A DNA stretch of 64,000 bases from assembly GCA_036172245.1 (NCBI GenBank), contig JAYWIR010000032.1, positions 1,302,001-1,366,000 on the forward strand. Reading direction: 5' to 3'. Under the pieces are notes generated by a model that saw only the letters and a list, made by a program, of their open reading frames with translations, was not told where the DNA came from and made no database searches. Of the stretch, positions 39,701 through 50,200 are shown one piece after another (the stretch's first letter is position 1; every line of letters starts with the position of its first letter). Source of the stretch: Raillietiella orientalis. Lineage: Eukaryota. The translations under genes and the position numbers were made by a program.

Positions 39701-40896
39701 ATGAATGGAATGCATTGCACATCGGAAGAGTAAACGCTTTGCCGGAATTATACGGATCAAAAGTTCTTAGATCTGCAAGTTGGTCCGTGTAACACATCAA
39801 GTTGAAAATGCAGAGGGATCGTTTGGAGAGATTCGGAAGCCTTTCTATTTCCACATCGGTATTGCATATGTGACGTGAACGTCTTTCGTGAAAGCGCTTC
39901 AGGAAGATCAAACTGAACACACGATGTTCTTCCTCATCCTCCTTTCTCCATAAGATCCTTCCCTCATGCAACTGGTTTGCCAGTGATTTATGCCATCTTC
40001 TTTCATCCGCATATGTCAGGATACTCCAGCTACCAGCCCTGAATCACCGGAAATCGGAGGGCTCTGCTGAGAGATGCGATGGCTGCTGACAAACCGAAAA
40101 AGTAGCGTTGTTGTTCTTGGGAGAACGAGGGTGAGTCCTCGGGAACCTCGCTCCCAGCAGGCCAAAAGGGCACCTACCGCGTTTCCACTGCGGTCTCCTG
40201 TCCCTGTTGGGAGGCAAGGGGACCACGAACTGGGATCGTTCGACTGGTGTGAACTTGCAAGCGAAGACTTCGGATGCAGTTCTCCTTGAGAAGCTGGTGC
40301 TCCGTCTTGTTTGTTTGTTTTTTTTTTTCTTTTGCCTCATGCAATTCACAGATCGTTTCCAGATGCACCCATAATCAAAGTGTTTCTGATCTTTGGGTGG
40401 CACGTGCAAATACGATGCGGCGCGCGCGAGCACACCAGTGTGCTTTTCGATATCCGGTGTTTGAGAGACCTGCGGCACAACCCCATGAGGTCGGTGTTCA
40501 CCTGGAAGTGCTGTGCGTCTCGTAATAAGGCACTCCTATGCGTCTGTCTGGAGAAAACACCCCAGGTGTGAGCGGGAGCGTGAGATTCGCCGCACTCCCC
40601 TATCCTGATGAGCTGATCGAGCTCGCGTCTGTATGACCGGGAATCTGCAGATTCAGACACTTTCGAGCAGGTGCCGCTCAAGGCACTGTCGACCTTTTCG
40701 CGCTGGTCCTCAGGATCGACGATGGTTCCAAGCCAAAGTTCGAGCTCTATTTTCGTCCCTGAAATGAAAGTGGTGCTCCCGATCGACATTGCTTCGGGTT
40801 TCCTCCCTATCTTCCACTCTTTTACTCCTGCAGCGAATTTCAGAGAGAAGGCGCGCACAAAAACACCAGGGCAAAGATGGGGATGCCTGAGGATCT

Positions 40897-41520
40897 TGGA
40901 AGGGCCCTGGCGCTTTGGTGGCCGTGGTGGCTGCGGTGTCCGCGCGTGGTACGATGCATCGCGAGTTCGAATCCCGCCCAGGGAAGGGGAGTTGATGAGG
41001 ATGGGATGTGTGCGTCGTTGACTTTCGGTCCTCCCTTCGCAGGATAGGGCTGGTTGGCCTTGGAGACTCCGGGTGCGGCACTAATGGAACCAGCCGGGTG
41101 CTTCCTCTGACCGGCTGGGATCGGGAGTTGAGCCTCCGGGGTCCTTCCAAGAACCAGAGTCATTTCCCTTCGATACTCCTCTCCAGATGTGAAAATGAAA
41201 TAGTCCCCTTTTTCCTCGGGGAATGACCCTTCCTCGCGTACCGTTGAGCTGGTTGATACCTCCCCATTGTGTCTAGAAGCGCGTTGCTCCCTTCGGGGAG
41301 AGACCCCTTCAGAGAAAATTTGGAAGCGTGGCTTCGAGGTTCTCTTCAGAGGAGTGAACGAGGAGCGGATCCTTTCCGTGTTCCTTTCGGAGAGGATGGG
41401 GAAGAGGTTCCCTTTGGAGAAAACCAGGGCGAGGGTTCCCTTCCAAGATTCCCTCCCAAGCGTAAGAGGGGGAAAGACTCCTTCCTTCAGAGCCCTTCCC
41501 ATATTCATAGGGTACCCTTA
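40897..41520 (+). repeat. Dispersed ~600-bp repeat with tRNA-like head (SINE-like), copy A
   Basis: A-box-like TGGCCGTGGTGG and B-box GAGTTCGAATCC (about 40963-40974). Colinear similarity with the reverse complement of 48195-48777 (shared TGGCTGCGGT, GTTGGCCT, GGCTGGGAT, GAGCTGGTTGAT, GGAAGAGGTTCCCTT, ACTCCTTCCT). Confidence 0.75.
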
Positions 41521-41799
41521 TAAATTGAAGAGTTACGAGCACCCTCGGGAGACATGGGCGGCGTCGAGGAGCATCGTAAGCACCCCCGAAGAGGCGGACT
41601 GTTTTTCAGCACTTGGAGAACCGAAAAGGAAGCAACAGAAATTGGGAAGAAAGCAGCAGAAACAGAAGACCCCGGAAAGATCTCCTTCCGAAAGGCATTT
41701 TCACCATCCTAGGCCAATAGCAATGACCCCTCTGTGATGTCGCCACCAGTTTTTTAAAAAGATCCTGGAAGTCAGTTCAAGGCTTCCCGCGAAGGAGGG

Positions 41800-42400
41800 G
41801 AGGGGAACGGATACTGGCAACAGCTTGCGGAGACGACGGGAAGCTCGGAATTCGGCTGCAGAGCCGGCAGAGTCAACGGGGCGCCGGGGCAGTAGGAGAG
41901 AGTTGGCACGGTGCGGCTTCCCTTTCTCCTGCTTGAAGTCGGGCGCGACGGGGGCAGCGGGCGGATTTGCTCGCCGGCGCCGTCAGGGCGCATTCCCTCG
42001 CGTCTCCAGGAAGCGCCTCCCCTTCACGGATGCGGGCGGGAACCGCAGGAAGAATACGAGCGCGGGTCCCCCCCCCCTCTTGCCGTTCCGAATCCTTGCC
42101 GCCTAGCCCGGCGGAAGCAGGGGGGGCAGACCCGGAAACTCCTCCTCCCAGCTTGCGGGGGCGGCGCGTCCGCCCCGGGGAGGAAGGAAGGAGGGGTTAG
42201 GGAAGATGTATCCGGCTGGGTCCTCCTCTTCCGGTCTGCGTTCTGACGGATCTTGGAGGGGATGCCAGGTCGCGACTAGGTCCACCGCCTCAGGCTGGAC
42301 CCGATCAGTCGCTCTCCCGTCCTCATCCCTCAAGCTCGACGTCGAAGCCAGGTAAAGCCACGCCTTCCCTAACGACCGGGAGCAGCGGGACCGAGGCGGT
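41800..42400 (-). mobile_element. Possible decayed Gypsy reverse transcriptase/connection-domain remnant
   Basis: GRATDRVQPEAVDLVATWHPLQDPSERR...AGY resembles G..TDP.K..AV..WP.P....E.R.FLG.AGYY. Downstream VPTLSY resembles P.LAYP. Confidence 0.3.
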
Positions 42401-42646
42401 GCGGGGGTGCCAGCGGTGGCTGGGCCACGCCCCTGCCAGGGAGCGTTGCGCGACAACTTGGCAGGCGGCCGCCGAGGGGGAGCTCCGCGCTCTCCCTCCC
42501 TCTCCTCCCTGGCGCCGTGTAATTTTTAAGAGGAGATGCCGGAGCTTTCCCGGAGGAAGTCGGGAAGGGAGGCGCGCCCGGGAAGCAGGTCGCACTCTCC
42601 ACCCCCGCTGCGCCTTCCTGCCGATGCCGCCGCGCTAGCGAGCGCC

Positions 42647-43951
42647 ATGCTGATCGCCCAGCTCGCCGCCGTCGCCATGATAGCTGCAGTCGCCCCCGCG
42701 CCGCCCAAGCGGGAAGCCGTGGAGAACCTGCTCAAGGTAGCCTCGGGGGACGCCGCGCTCGGGATGGGGTCGGCAACCGCGCGCGGTGTCTTTCAGGTGT
42801 TTGGGCTGTCCGCCCCTGCCCACCTCCGGCCCGACAGCACGCCCCCGAAGTACATGCTCGACCTGTACCACAGCACCGTCGACCGCCGAGGCGTGAGCCG
42901 CGCCCCCAACCCGTACAACGCCAAGGTCATCCGCAGCTACACCGCCGTGCCTCGGGGCGACGCGGGGGACGGCCTGCGCTTCAACTTGACGGGTATCGGG
43001 GACGACGAGCACATCCTGGGGGCCGAGCTGCACGTCTTCTCCGCCGCGTCGCGCCTCCGCAGGGATTCCGTCTGCCAGGTACCCCACATCCCTTCTGCCC
43101 GGAGAGATCAACCCTCTCTCCTCCTTTCTCCTCTCCCCGGCCAGATGAGCGTCTACCAGGTCGTCCGGGAAGAAGGGAAGCTGCAAGACGCGTCCTCCCA
43201 TAGGCTGCTGGACGCCAAGTACGTGCTGCTCTCGACCGCCGGCTGGGTCATCTTCGACGTGCGGGAGGCTGCGGAGGAATGGACCAGGCACCAGGGGCGA
43301 AACCGGAGACTGGTCGTTGCAGCGGCGTGCGGCCCCGACCTCCGGTCGCCGGGTCCGGGAGTGCCCCTACGCTTCGGTGGCCACCCGGAGAAGCAGCCTT
43401 TGCTCGTCGTCTTCGCGGGCCGACGCACCGGGGACGACCCCTTCGTCCAGCAGGGCGAGATCTCCGCCGCCCCCCGGAGAAGCGGAGGCGACTGGGAAAC
43501 CGGACGCGGAGTCTTGCTTCCCACTCCCTCCTCTCCTGGAGCGTCGCCTTCACTGGGGAGCCAGGCCGAGCGCCGGCGGAGGTCGACCACAGGGGACGCC
43601 CCGGGGCGGGAGGACGAGGAGGAGGAGGCCGACGGTGACTGTGCGTCCCACGAGATGAAGGTGGACTTCTCGGAGATCGGGTGGTCCTCGTGGATCATCT
43701 CGCCCAAGGAGTACAACGCGTACTCGTGCAGGGGCCGCTGCCGCTTCCCGCTCAACCAGGCCCAGAGGCCCACCAACCACGCCACCGTCCAGAGCATCGT
43801 CCACGAGCTCGGCCTCCACGAGAACGTCACCGTGCCATGCTGCGTCCCCACGCGCCTCCTTTCGCTCTCCCTGCTCTACTTCGACGAGAACAACAACGTT
43901 GTCATCAAGCAGTACGACGACATGATCGCCGAGCACTGCGGGTGCCACTGA
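42647..43951 (+). CDS. admp: ADMP-like TGF-beta/BMP ligand, paralog A
   Basis: Exons 42647-42736, 42797-43078, 43145-43454, 43542-43951; the last intron is tentative (GC donor, GAG acceptor). Signal peptide, prodomain PPKYMLDLY...NPYNAKVIRSY, furin site RRRR. Seven-Cys mature domain with ADMP hallmarks IGWSSWIISP, FPLNQAQRPTNHATVQSI, LLYFDENNNVVIKQYDDM. AATAAA at 44034-44039. Confidence 0.92.
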   Translation: MLIAQLAAVAMIAAVAPAPPKREAVENLLKVASGDAALGMGSATARGVFQVFGLSAPAHLRPDSTPPKYMLDLYHSTVDRRGVSRAPNPYNAKVIRSYTAVPRGDAGDGLRFNLTGIGDDEHILGAELHVFSAASRLRRDSVCQVPHIPSARRDQPSLLLSPLPGQMSVYQVVREEGKLQDASSHRLLDAKYVLLSTAGWVIFDVREAAEEWTRHQGRNRRLVVAAACGPDLRSPGPGVPLRFGGHPEKQPLLVVFAGRRTGDDPFVQQGEISAAPRRSGGDWETGRGVLLPTPSSPGASPSLGSQAERRRRSTTGDAPGREDEEEEADGDCASHEMKVDFSEIGWSSWIISPKEYNAYSCRGRCRFPLNQAQRPTNHATVQSIVHELGLHENVTVPCCVPTRLLSLSLLYFDENNNVVIKQYDDMIAEHCGCH

Positions 43952-44680
43952 GGGGATCTCCGCCTCCACCCCCCCCAGGAAGGACCTCGAAGCCTCCCCT
44001 GCCCGCCCATGGGGGACCGGAAGCCGGCGGAGGAATAAACGAGAAGGGGGTCGACAAGAGGTCGAAAAGGGGAACCGGAAGATTCAAAGGGAGGAACAGC
44101 ATGGGGAGACTGGGTGGTGGGAAGGCAACCGAGGAATGAACGAACCAGGAAAGAGGTCGGCCCCCGAGTTCAAAAGGGGGGACCGGGAGGTGCAAGGGGG
44201 CTCTGGGGTGAGCAGCCTGGGGAGACTGGGGCGTGGGAAGGGGGAGAAGGAACGAACCAGGCAGGAAGGGGGGAGACCTTCAAAAACGTCTCTTTGCACT
44301 TCCCAGTGACCCCCAGACCGCGCGCAGGACAGGATGGGGTGGAGGTCAGTTGTGTGCAGAGGGGTAAAGGTTAGTGGCGGGAGGGCGAGCCCTCTCCCCC
44401 GTGCTGGGACCTTCCCTGTGGCCAAGCCTCCTCGTGCCGGGCGGGACTCCGCTCTTCGAGAGCTGCTGCCCGGGTTCCCGGAAGGGCAGCAGGCCGTAGG
44501 TCCGCCTGCAGCGATGGAGACGTGCTGCCCGGATGGATAAAGACAGGAGTCCTGGCGCCCCCTCCGCCGGCGCCGCCCTGCTCCCCGTACCTGGCTGCCG
44601 TGTGTCTCGTCTTTATTGAACGGGCGCGTCGGTCTTGCCGCCTGCCATCGGAAGGGGGGATGAGGGGGCAGGGGACGCCC

Positions 44681-46201
44681 TCACAGGCAGCCACACTCCT
44701 CTGCCACCATTTCGTCGTACTGCTTGATGACGACGTTGCCGCTGTTGTCGTAGTAGAGCAGGGAGATCGGGAGGAGGTTGCTGGGCACACAACAGGGCTT
44801 GGTGGCGTTCTTCTCCAGTGTCAGCTCGACGACGGTGCTCTGCACCATCGCGTGGTTGGACGGACGCTGTACTTGGCTCAGCGGGAAGTCGCAGTGGCCG
44901 CGGCAGGTGTACGCGTTGTATCCCATGGGCGAGATGATCCAGGAAGACCAGCCGATCTTCGGGAAGTCCACGAAGAGGTCGTAGCGGGAGCACTCGATGC
45001 TGGTCTGCGCCGCCGCGGGCGAAGCGGGTGGCGGCGGCGGCGACGAGGAGGGCGAGGTCTGCTCCTCCTCCTCCTCCTCCTCCTCCTCGTGCTGTTCCGC
45101 GGAGCCGCCGGGACTCCTCCTCCTCCTTCTCTTCCTGGTCTCCTCCAGGCCCATGCTGCTCTCCAGTATGTTGTCCACGGAGAACACGGTGTACACAGGC
45201 AGTTCCTTGTCTGGACGCGGGTGCCAGGGTCAGCGAGGCGAAGGGGAAGGGGGGAAGGAGGAGGAGGGAGGGAGGGAGGGTCGGCGGGCTACTCACGTGG
45301 AGGCAGCTTCTGCGGCCGGTCCTGGTTGTTGAATAGGACGAGGAGGGGCTGCTTGGGGCTACCCCGAGCCGCATGCTGGTAGGGGAGTTCTGCGGCCGCC
45401 TGGTCCAGCAGTGTCCTGGCGACCAGCAGGAACCCCCTGTTGGGACTGACGCTTTGCAGCCACTCTTGGATGGCGAGCCGCACGTGGAAGACGAGCCAGC
45501 CGGAGGTCGCGGGCAGCACGTAATGGCTGCCGATCAGCTTCTGCCCGGTGGCGTTGCTCGGGTCATCGCCGTCCCCGGCGCCCACCTGGTAGACCATCAC
45601 CTGCAGCAGAGAGGGCAAGGAAGGTGTGTGTATGTGTGGAGGGGGAGGTATTTCTCCTCCGGGCGACGGAGGTGGTGTGCTTCCTCACCTGGAAGATGCC
45701 GCCTCCACCCTCCTGGGCGGCCGCGCCCCCCGGGGGACCGCCGCTCTTCTTGAAGACGTGCAGCTCCGCCTCCAGCACGTACTCGTCCTGCTCGACACCG
45801 GAGATGTCGAAGAGCAGGTGGGAGGTGGTGCTGCGCTCCGCGGCCAGAAAGCTGCGGATGATGCGCGCATTGTGGGGGTTCGGTATTCTGGTGACGCCGC
45901 CCACGTCGGTGATGCTGTTGTACAGGTCCAGCATGTACTGCGGCGGCGGGGCGGCGTTCCTGGGGCGACGCGCGCCCGGGGAGGGCATCCCGAACACCTG
46001 CGGGGACGGATCGCGGTCGGCTTCCCCCTTCTCCGAGAGAGCCCCCCCCCCACTTGCCTGCTTCAACTTCTCCATGGCTTCCTCCTTCCTGGAGACGGCG
46101 GGCGGGTCCCGGGGCACGGGGCCTCCCGCCACCGCGCCCGCGAGCAGCAGGCCCGCGAGCGCCCACACCGCCGCCGCCGCTACTGCACCTACGCGGCTCA
46201 T
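44681..46201 (-). CDS. admp: ADMP-like TGF-beta/BMP ligand, paralog B (Pinhead-adjacent)
   Basis: Exons 46201-46058, 45997-45689, 45600-45297, 45210-44681; intron 1 is GC-AG (CAG|GCAAGT). Signal peptide, PPQYMLDLY...NPHNARIIRSF, furin site RKRRRRR. Mature domain IGWSSWIISPMGYNAY...FPLSQVQRPSNHAMVQS...NVVIKQYDEM. AATAAA on minus strand at 44617-44612. Confidence 0.92.
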
Positions 46202-46840
46202 CCTCTTCCGGGGGCCGACGCGCGCCGCTGGGCTTCCCCGAGCGAGTGGGGCTGCCGCCTCTCTCGGCGCCGCGACCAGCCGCCGCCCGCAAGGGGCGCC
46301 CGCCGCCGCGACCGAGTGACGACGACGAGGCTACGGCGTTCCGGGAAGGCGGCGGCGGCGGAGGCAGCGGCAGCGCGCGCGCGCGCGCGCAGGCGCGGCA
46401 CCGCCCTCTCTCGCGGACTGGACTGGCCCCGGAGCGCCCCTCACCTCCGGCGCCCCGGCGGCGACCGACCAACCGACCTCGCCGCCGGGACGGCGGGCGA
46501 TCGCGACCCCCCCCCCTCCCGTCGACACCCCCCGGCCACCGCCGCTCGAACCCGGCCGCCCCCGCGAGCCGGAAGAGGGAGCGACGGGGAGCAGAAGACA
46601 ACGCAGCCAGAAAGGATCTTTTTTTATTCGCCGCCGCCGGGCTGAACGCCCGAGGTCGCCGCGCTCCGAAGCCTCCTCCTCCTCCCCTCCTTCCCCCGGA
46701 AGAACGGGGAACCGGCATGGGGAGCAGCAGGAAAGGCGCGATCGGCCCCTCCTTCTCCTTCTCCTCCTCCTCGGGCGGGCGTGAAGTCCTGGGAGGGGAG
46801 GAAGGTCGAGTGCAGGCGAAAGGGGGTCGTCCGGGAGAGG

Positions 46841-47220
46841 TCACGAGCACTGGCATTCCTGTATGGACATCAGGAAACTCCTGTACCCGTCCTTGTTGGT
46901 GTAGGGGTGCCGCGTGTAGCCGGTGGGGTTGCACTTGGTGGTGCGCTTCAGCGACATCAGGCAGTTCTGCGGTATCCTGGGGTCACTAGGGTAGAGGGCG
47001 CGTGGGGAAGGGGCCCGGGCGGCTGGAGCGAGGGCGGGACGAGGGAGCGGATGCTCACCTGAGGACGCACTGGAACATCTCCCGGGAACACACGCCGACG
47101 CACGCGCCGATGTTGATTTGCTGGAAGGCACACAGGGAAAAGGGTCAGTCCCGGGATCTCGAGGGACGGGCCAAGGGGAGTTTCACGACTCCGATCTCCC
47201 TCCCTCTTCTTCCACTCCTC

Positions 47221-47273
<53 letters not shown>

Positions 47274-50200
47274 CCCTCCTACCGACGGGGGGAGGACACA
47301 GCGCCGCGGGCAGGACGGGATTGACGGCGGTGATTTCGGGAGACTCCCGCGATTTGGCAACCCTGGGTGCTTCTGCGCCTTAGCTATTTTTGGTCGCCGC
47401 CACACAGCACGCCCACCCCGCCCCGTCCTCGCTCAGCCGTCGCTCTTCGCGCCCGTCTCCGAATCGTCCTGGGACCCGCGCGCGCGTTGCCTTCTCCCTC
47501 CTCCCCTCCTCCTGCTCCCTTCTTCCTTGTCCTCCCTCCCTTCTCTTCCTCCTCCAACCTGCTTTCCTCCTCCGGTCTTCCTCTTCCCTTCCTACTCTTT
47601 CTCCCTTCCTTCTTCCTTTCCTTATCCCTTTCTTTCCTCCTCCTCTTCTTCTCCTTCTTTCCCCGCGCTCCCGGCCAGCGTCCCCGTTCGGACCGTCCGG
47701 AAGAAGGGGTCGCGAGGTGAGAAGCCACGAGGCGTTGCCTGTAACAACGCGAGCCTCCCTCGGAGGAAGCGTCGGCAGAGCAGGCAGGCAAGCAGGAGCG
47801 CCCGGGCGTCGGTTTTCGGTCTTCCCACTTCCGCGCTCGCGCGCGCGGGAGGCGGAGTTCGCAGCGTCTCTTCCCGTCTGAGAGGTAGCGCGGCCAGCGT
47901 CCACCACGACTTTCCCCTGCGATCATTCAAGGGGTCCTCCGTGGGGTCGACGGAGACGCTCCTTTCCTCCCGGCTCTCGGTGATACGCGCTCCGGCTCGG
48001 TCTTCAGGCCGCCGGCGAAGTCTCGCCCCCCCCCTTCCCCGCCACACACACACACACACATAACCTCCAGAACGCGGCCTCTTCACACTTCCGTCGCGAA
48101 AGCGAAGAGACGCACACCTGCGCGAGCGAACGGCCGGACGCATCGTGGACGACGAACGAACGAGACCGAGCGCCGTCTCCCAGTCGGGGGGTGACCCGTA
48201 GGGACCACCCTACGAACCCAGAAAGGGCTACGGAGGAAGGAGTTTGCCCTTCTCACGCTTCGTAGGGAAACTCCGGAGGGAATCCTCCACCCTGGTTGTC
48301 TCCGAAGGATCCCCAAGGGAACCTCTTCCTTGTTCTCTCTGGAGGGTTTCCCTGGAGAGGACCGCTCTTCGTTTCCTCCTCGCAAGGCGCTCCAATTTAA
48401 CACTCTGGAGAGATATCAATCAACCAGCTCTATGGAACGCAATGGAGGGTCCCCCTTGCAGGCGTGAGACGGCTCCGTTTTCACGAACGAAGGGGAACCC
48501 TCGAAGGGTACAGTGAACAGTGTCCCTTGATGTCTGGAAGGGACGCCGAAGGGTCAACTTCCAATCCCAGCCATTCAACGGGGGTACCCGGTTTCCGTCT
48601 TCCACCAGTGCTGTACCCTAAGCCTGCAGGCCAACAGGCATCGGAGAGGACTCGAAACCCGCGACGCATCACCCATTTCGCAGCGTCGGTCCTTATCCGG
48701 GTGGGACTCGAACCCGCAACGCTCGGTGCCACGCTCGCGGAGACCGCAGCCATGCGGCCTGTCCAGAGCCGTCTCCACGGGAACGACAACGTCGACAGGA
48801 TCGACCCTCCCGTTCCTGCCAGAGAGGTAGGCGAGCGGCAGTCCCGCATCCCCAAGTTCTGTCCTCTAGGCTGCGAAAGGAGAAAAAAAAGAGGAGGAAA
48901 CGACGAAGAGAGGAGCATTTTTGGCACGGTCCCTTCACTCCCATTCTAATAAAGGTCTGCTTTTCTCTCTTCGCGTCGATCTTCTCTAGAGACGTGATTA
49001 GTAAATCCATCTTCAGGAAAATCTGAATGAGCTATTAATAGCCTTCTCTGAGTCATCCTGCATGTAAGCAAACTATTTGTAGCTACAAAAAAAGACTCTG
49101 CTTATCTGAGTCACTTTTACAAAAATACTTTTGGTCGTTTTTTTTTCTTTGTCATTTTATTTTTTTTTTTTGTTCACTGCATAATTCTTGATTTAAAAAT
49201 GAATCTTTTTCGAGAGAAAAAGGGGAGTCCGGGGGTGGGAGGGAATCTTTTATTTTTTCCTTTCTTTGTTTCTTTCTCCCTTTCTCCCAGCATATTTTAA
49301 GAATTACTCTAGAGTTTTCGAAATTTGCTGAAAGAAATCATGGGCTTGCTTTTTCTTTATAAAGTACATTCAGCACACATACGAACGTCTGTAAACTTCT
49401 AATACATCGACATGGTTAATGTTGATCACAGTTAAAACCTCGAAGCCAGGTAAGTCGATCGTGGAATGTATATACATATATTTCATGCCCCCCCCCCCTC
49501 CTTTCCTTTTTGGCCTTTTCGTTTGTCGAAAGCTTCGTTGAGATTTTCAGCCAGCAAGGTTGAAAAGAAGGGAGATGAAGACCTCTCTCATCTTGGACCC
49601 AAAATCGAATGAACTTGCAATAATTATTCCACATCACAGAACACTACGGAAACATCAGACGTTGCTGAAGGTCAAAAACCGACCTTTCACATCTCATAGT
49701 TCGCAACTGGATAGATCTGTGTGTGTGTGCTTCAAGAGACGGAAGCTTCCGTACACAAAGAGAACACCATGTCAGTGTGTACTTTAAAGAGCAAAGGCCC
49801 ACCACCACCGTAAAGCGCGCGTCTCTCATTCCGCCCGTGTGACGAAACGCCGTGTAAACATCGCGTTCAGTCGCTTTCCCTGGTATTTCATTTCCCTTTT
49901 AATGTTTCTGTTTCATTTCTGTTTCACCGAAGTGGAAGATAAACAAGTGCGCTTGTAATGACATGGCACTGAGGAACAGATTCTCCAGAAAAGGCACAGC
50001 CATCACGGTCTTTACAGCCTGTTGCACGGTCACCTTCTGAAGGCGCCTTCTTAGCAAAGTACAACCAAAAGAAAGCGTTTTCAACACTTTGCATGGCACG
50101 AAGGAACGTACAGTACGGGAAATCAGCCGGAAGGTTACGGAAATGCAGAAAGACGCGACCGAACCAACGAAACCTTGCGAATGCTCGTACGTGTGGCAAC

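Noticed and set aside
40915..40985. tRNA gene
   Set aside because: B-box/T-arm present but no convincing cloverleaf; it is the head of a longer dispersed repeat.
40840..41508. 222-aa minus-strand ORF with faint gag resemblance
   Set aside because: Antisense to repeat copy A, and not preserved in copy B.
42536..42646. Upstream ATG of the 471-aa ORF as the ADMP-A start
   Set aside because: The extension is basic and hydrophilic; the signal peptide begins at ATG 42647 in a good GCCATG context.
45597..48063. Long ORFs (445, 339, 311, 353 aa) overlapping ADMP-B and Pinhead
   Set aside because: Shadow ORFs of extreme GC content and simple repeats.
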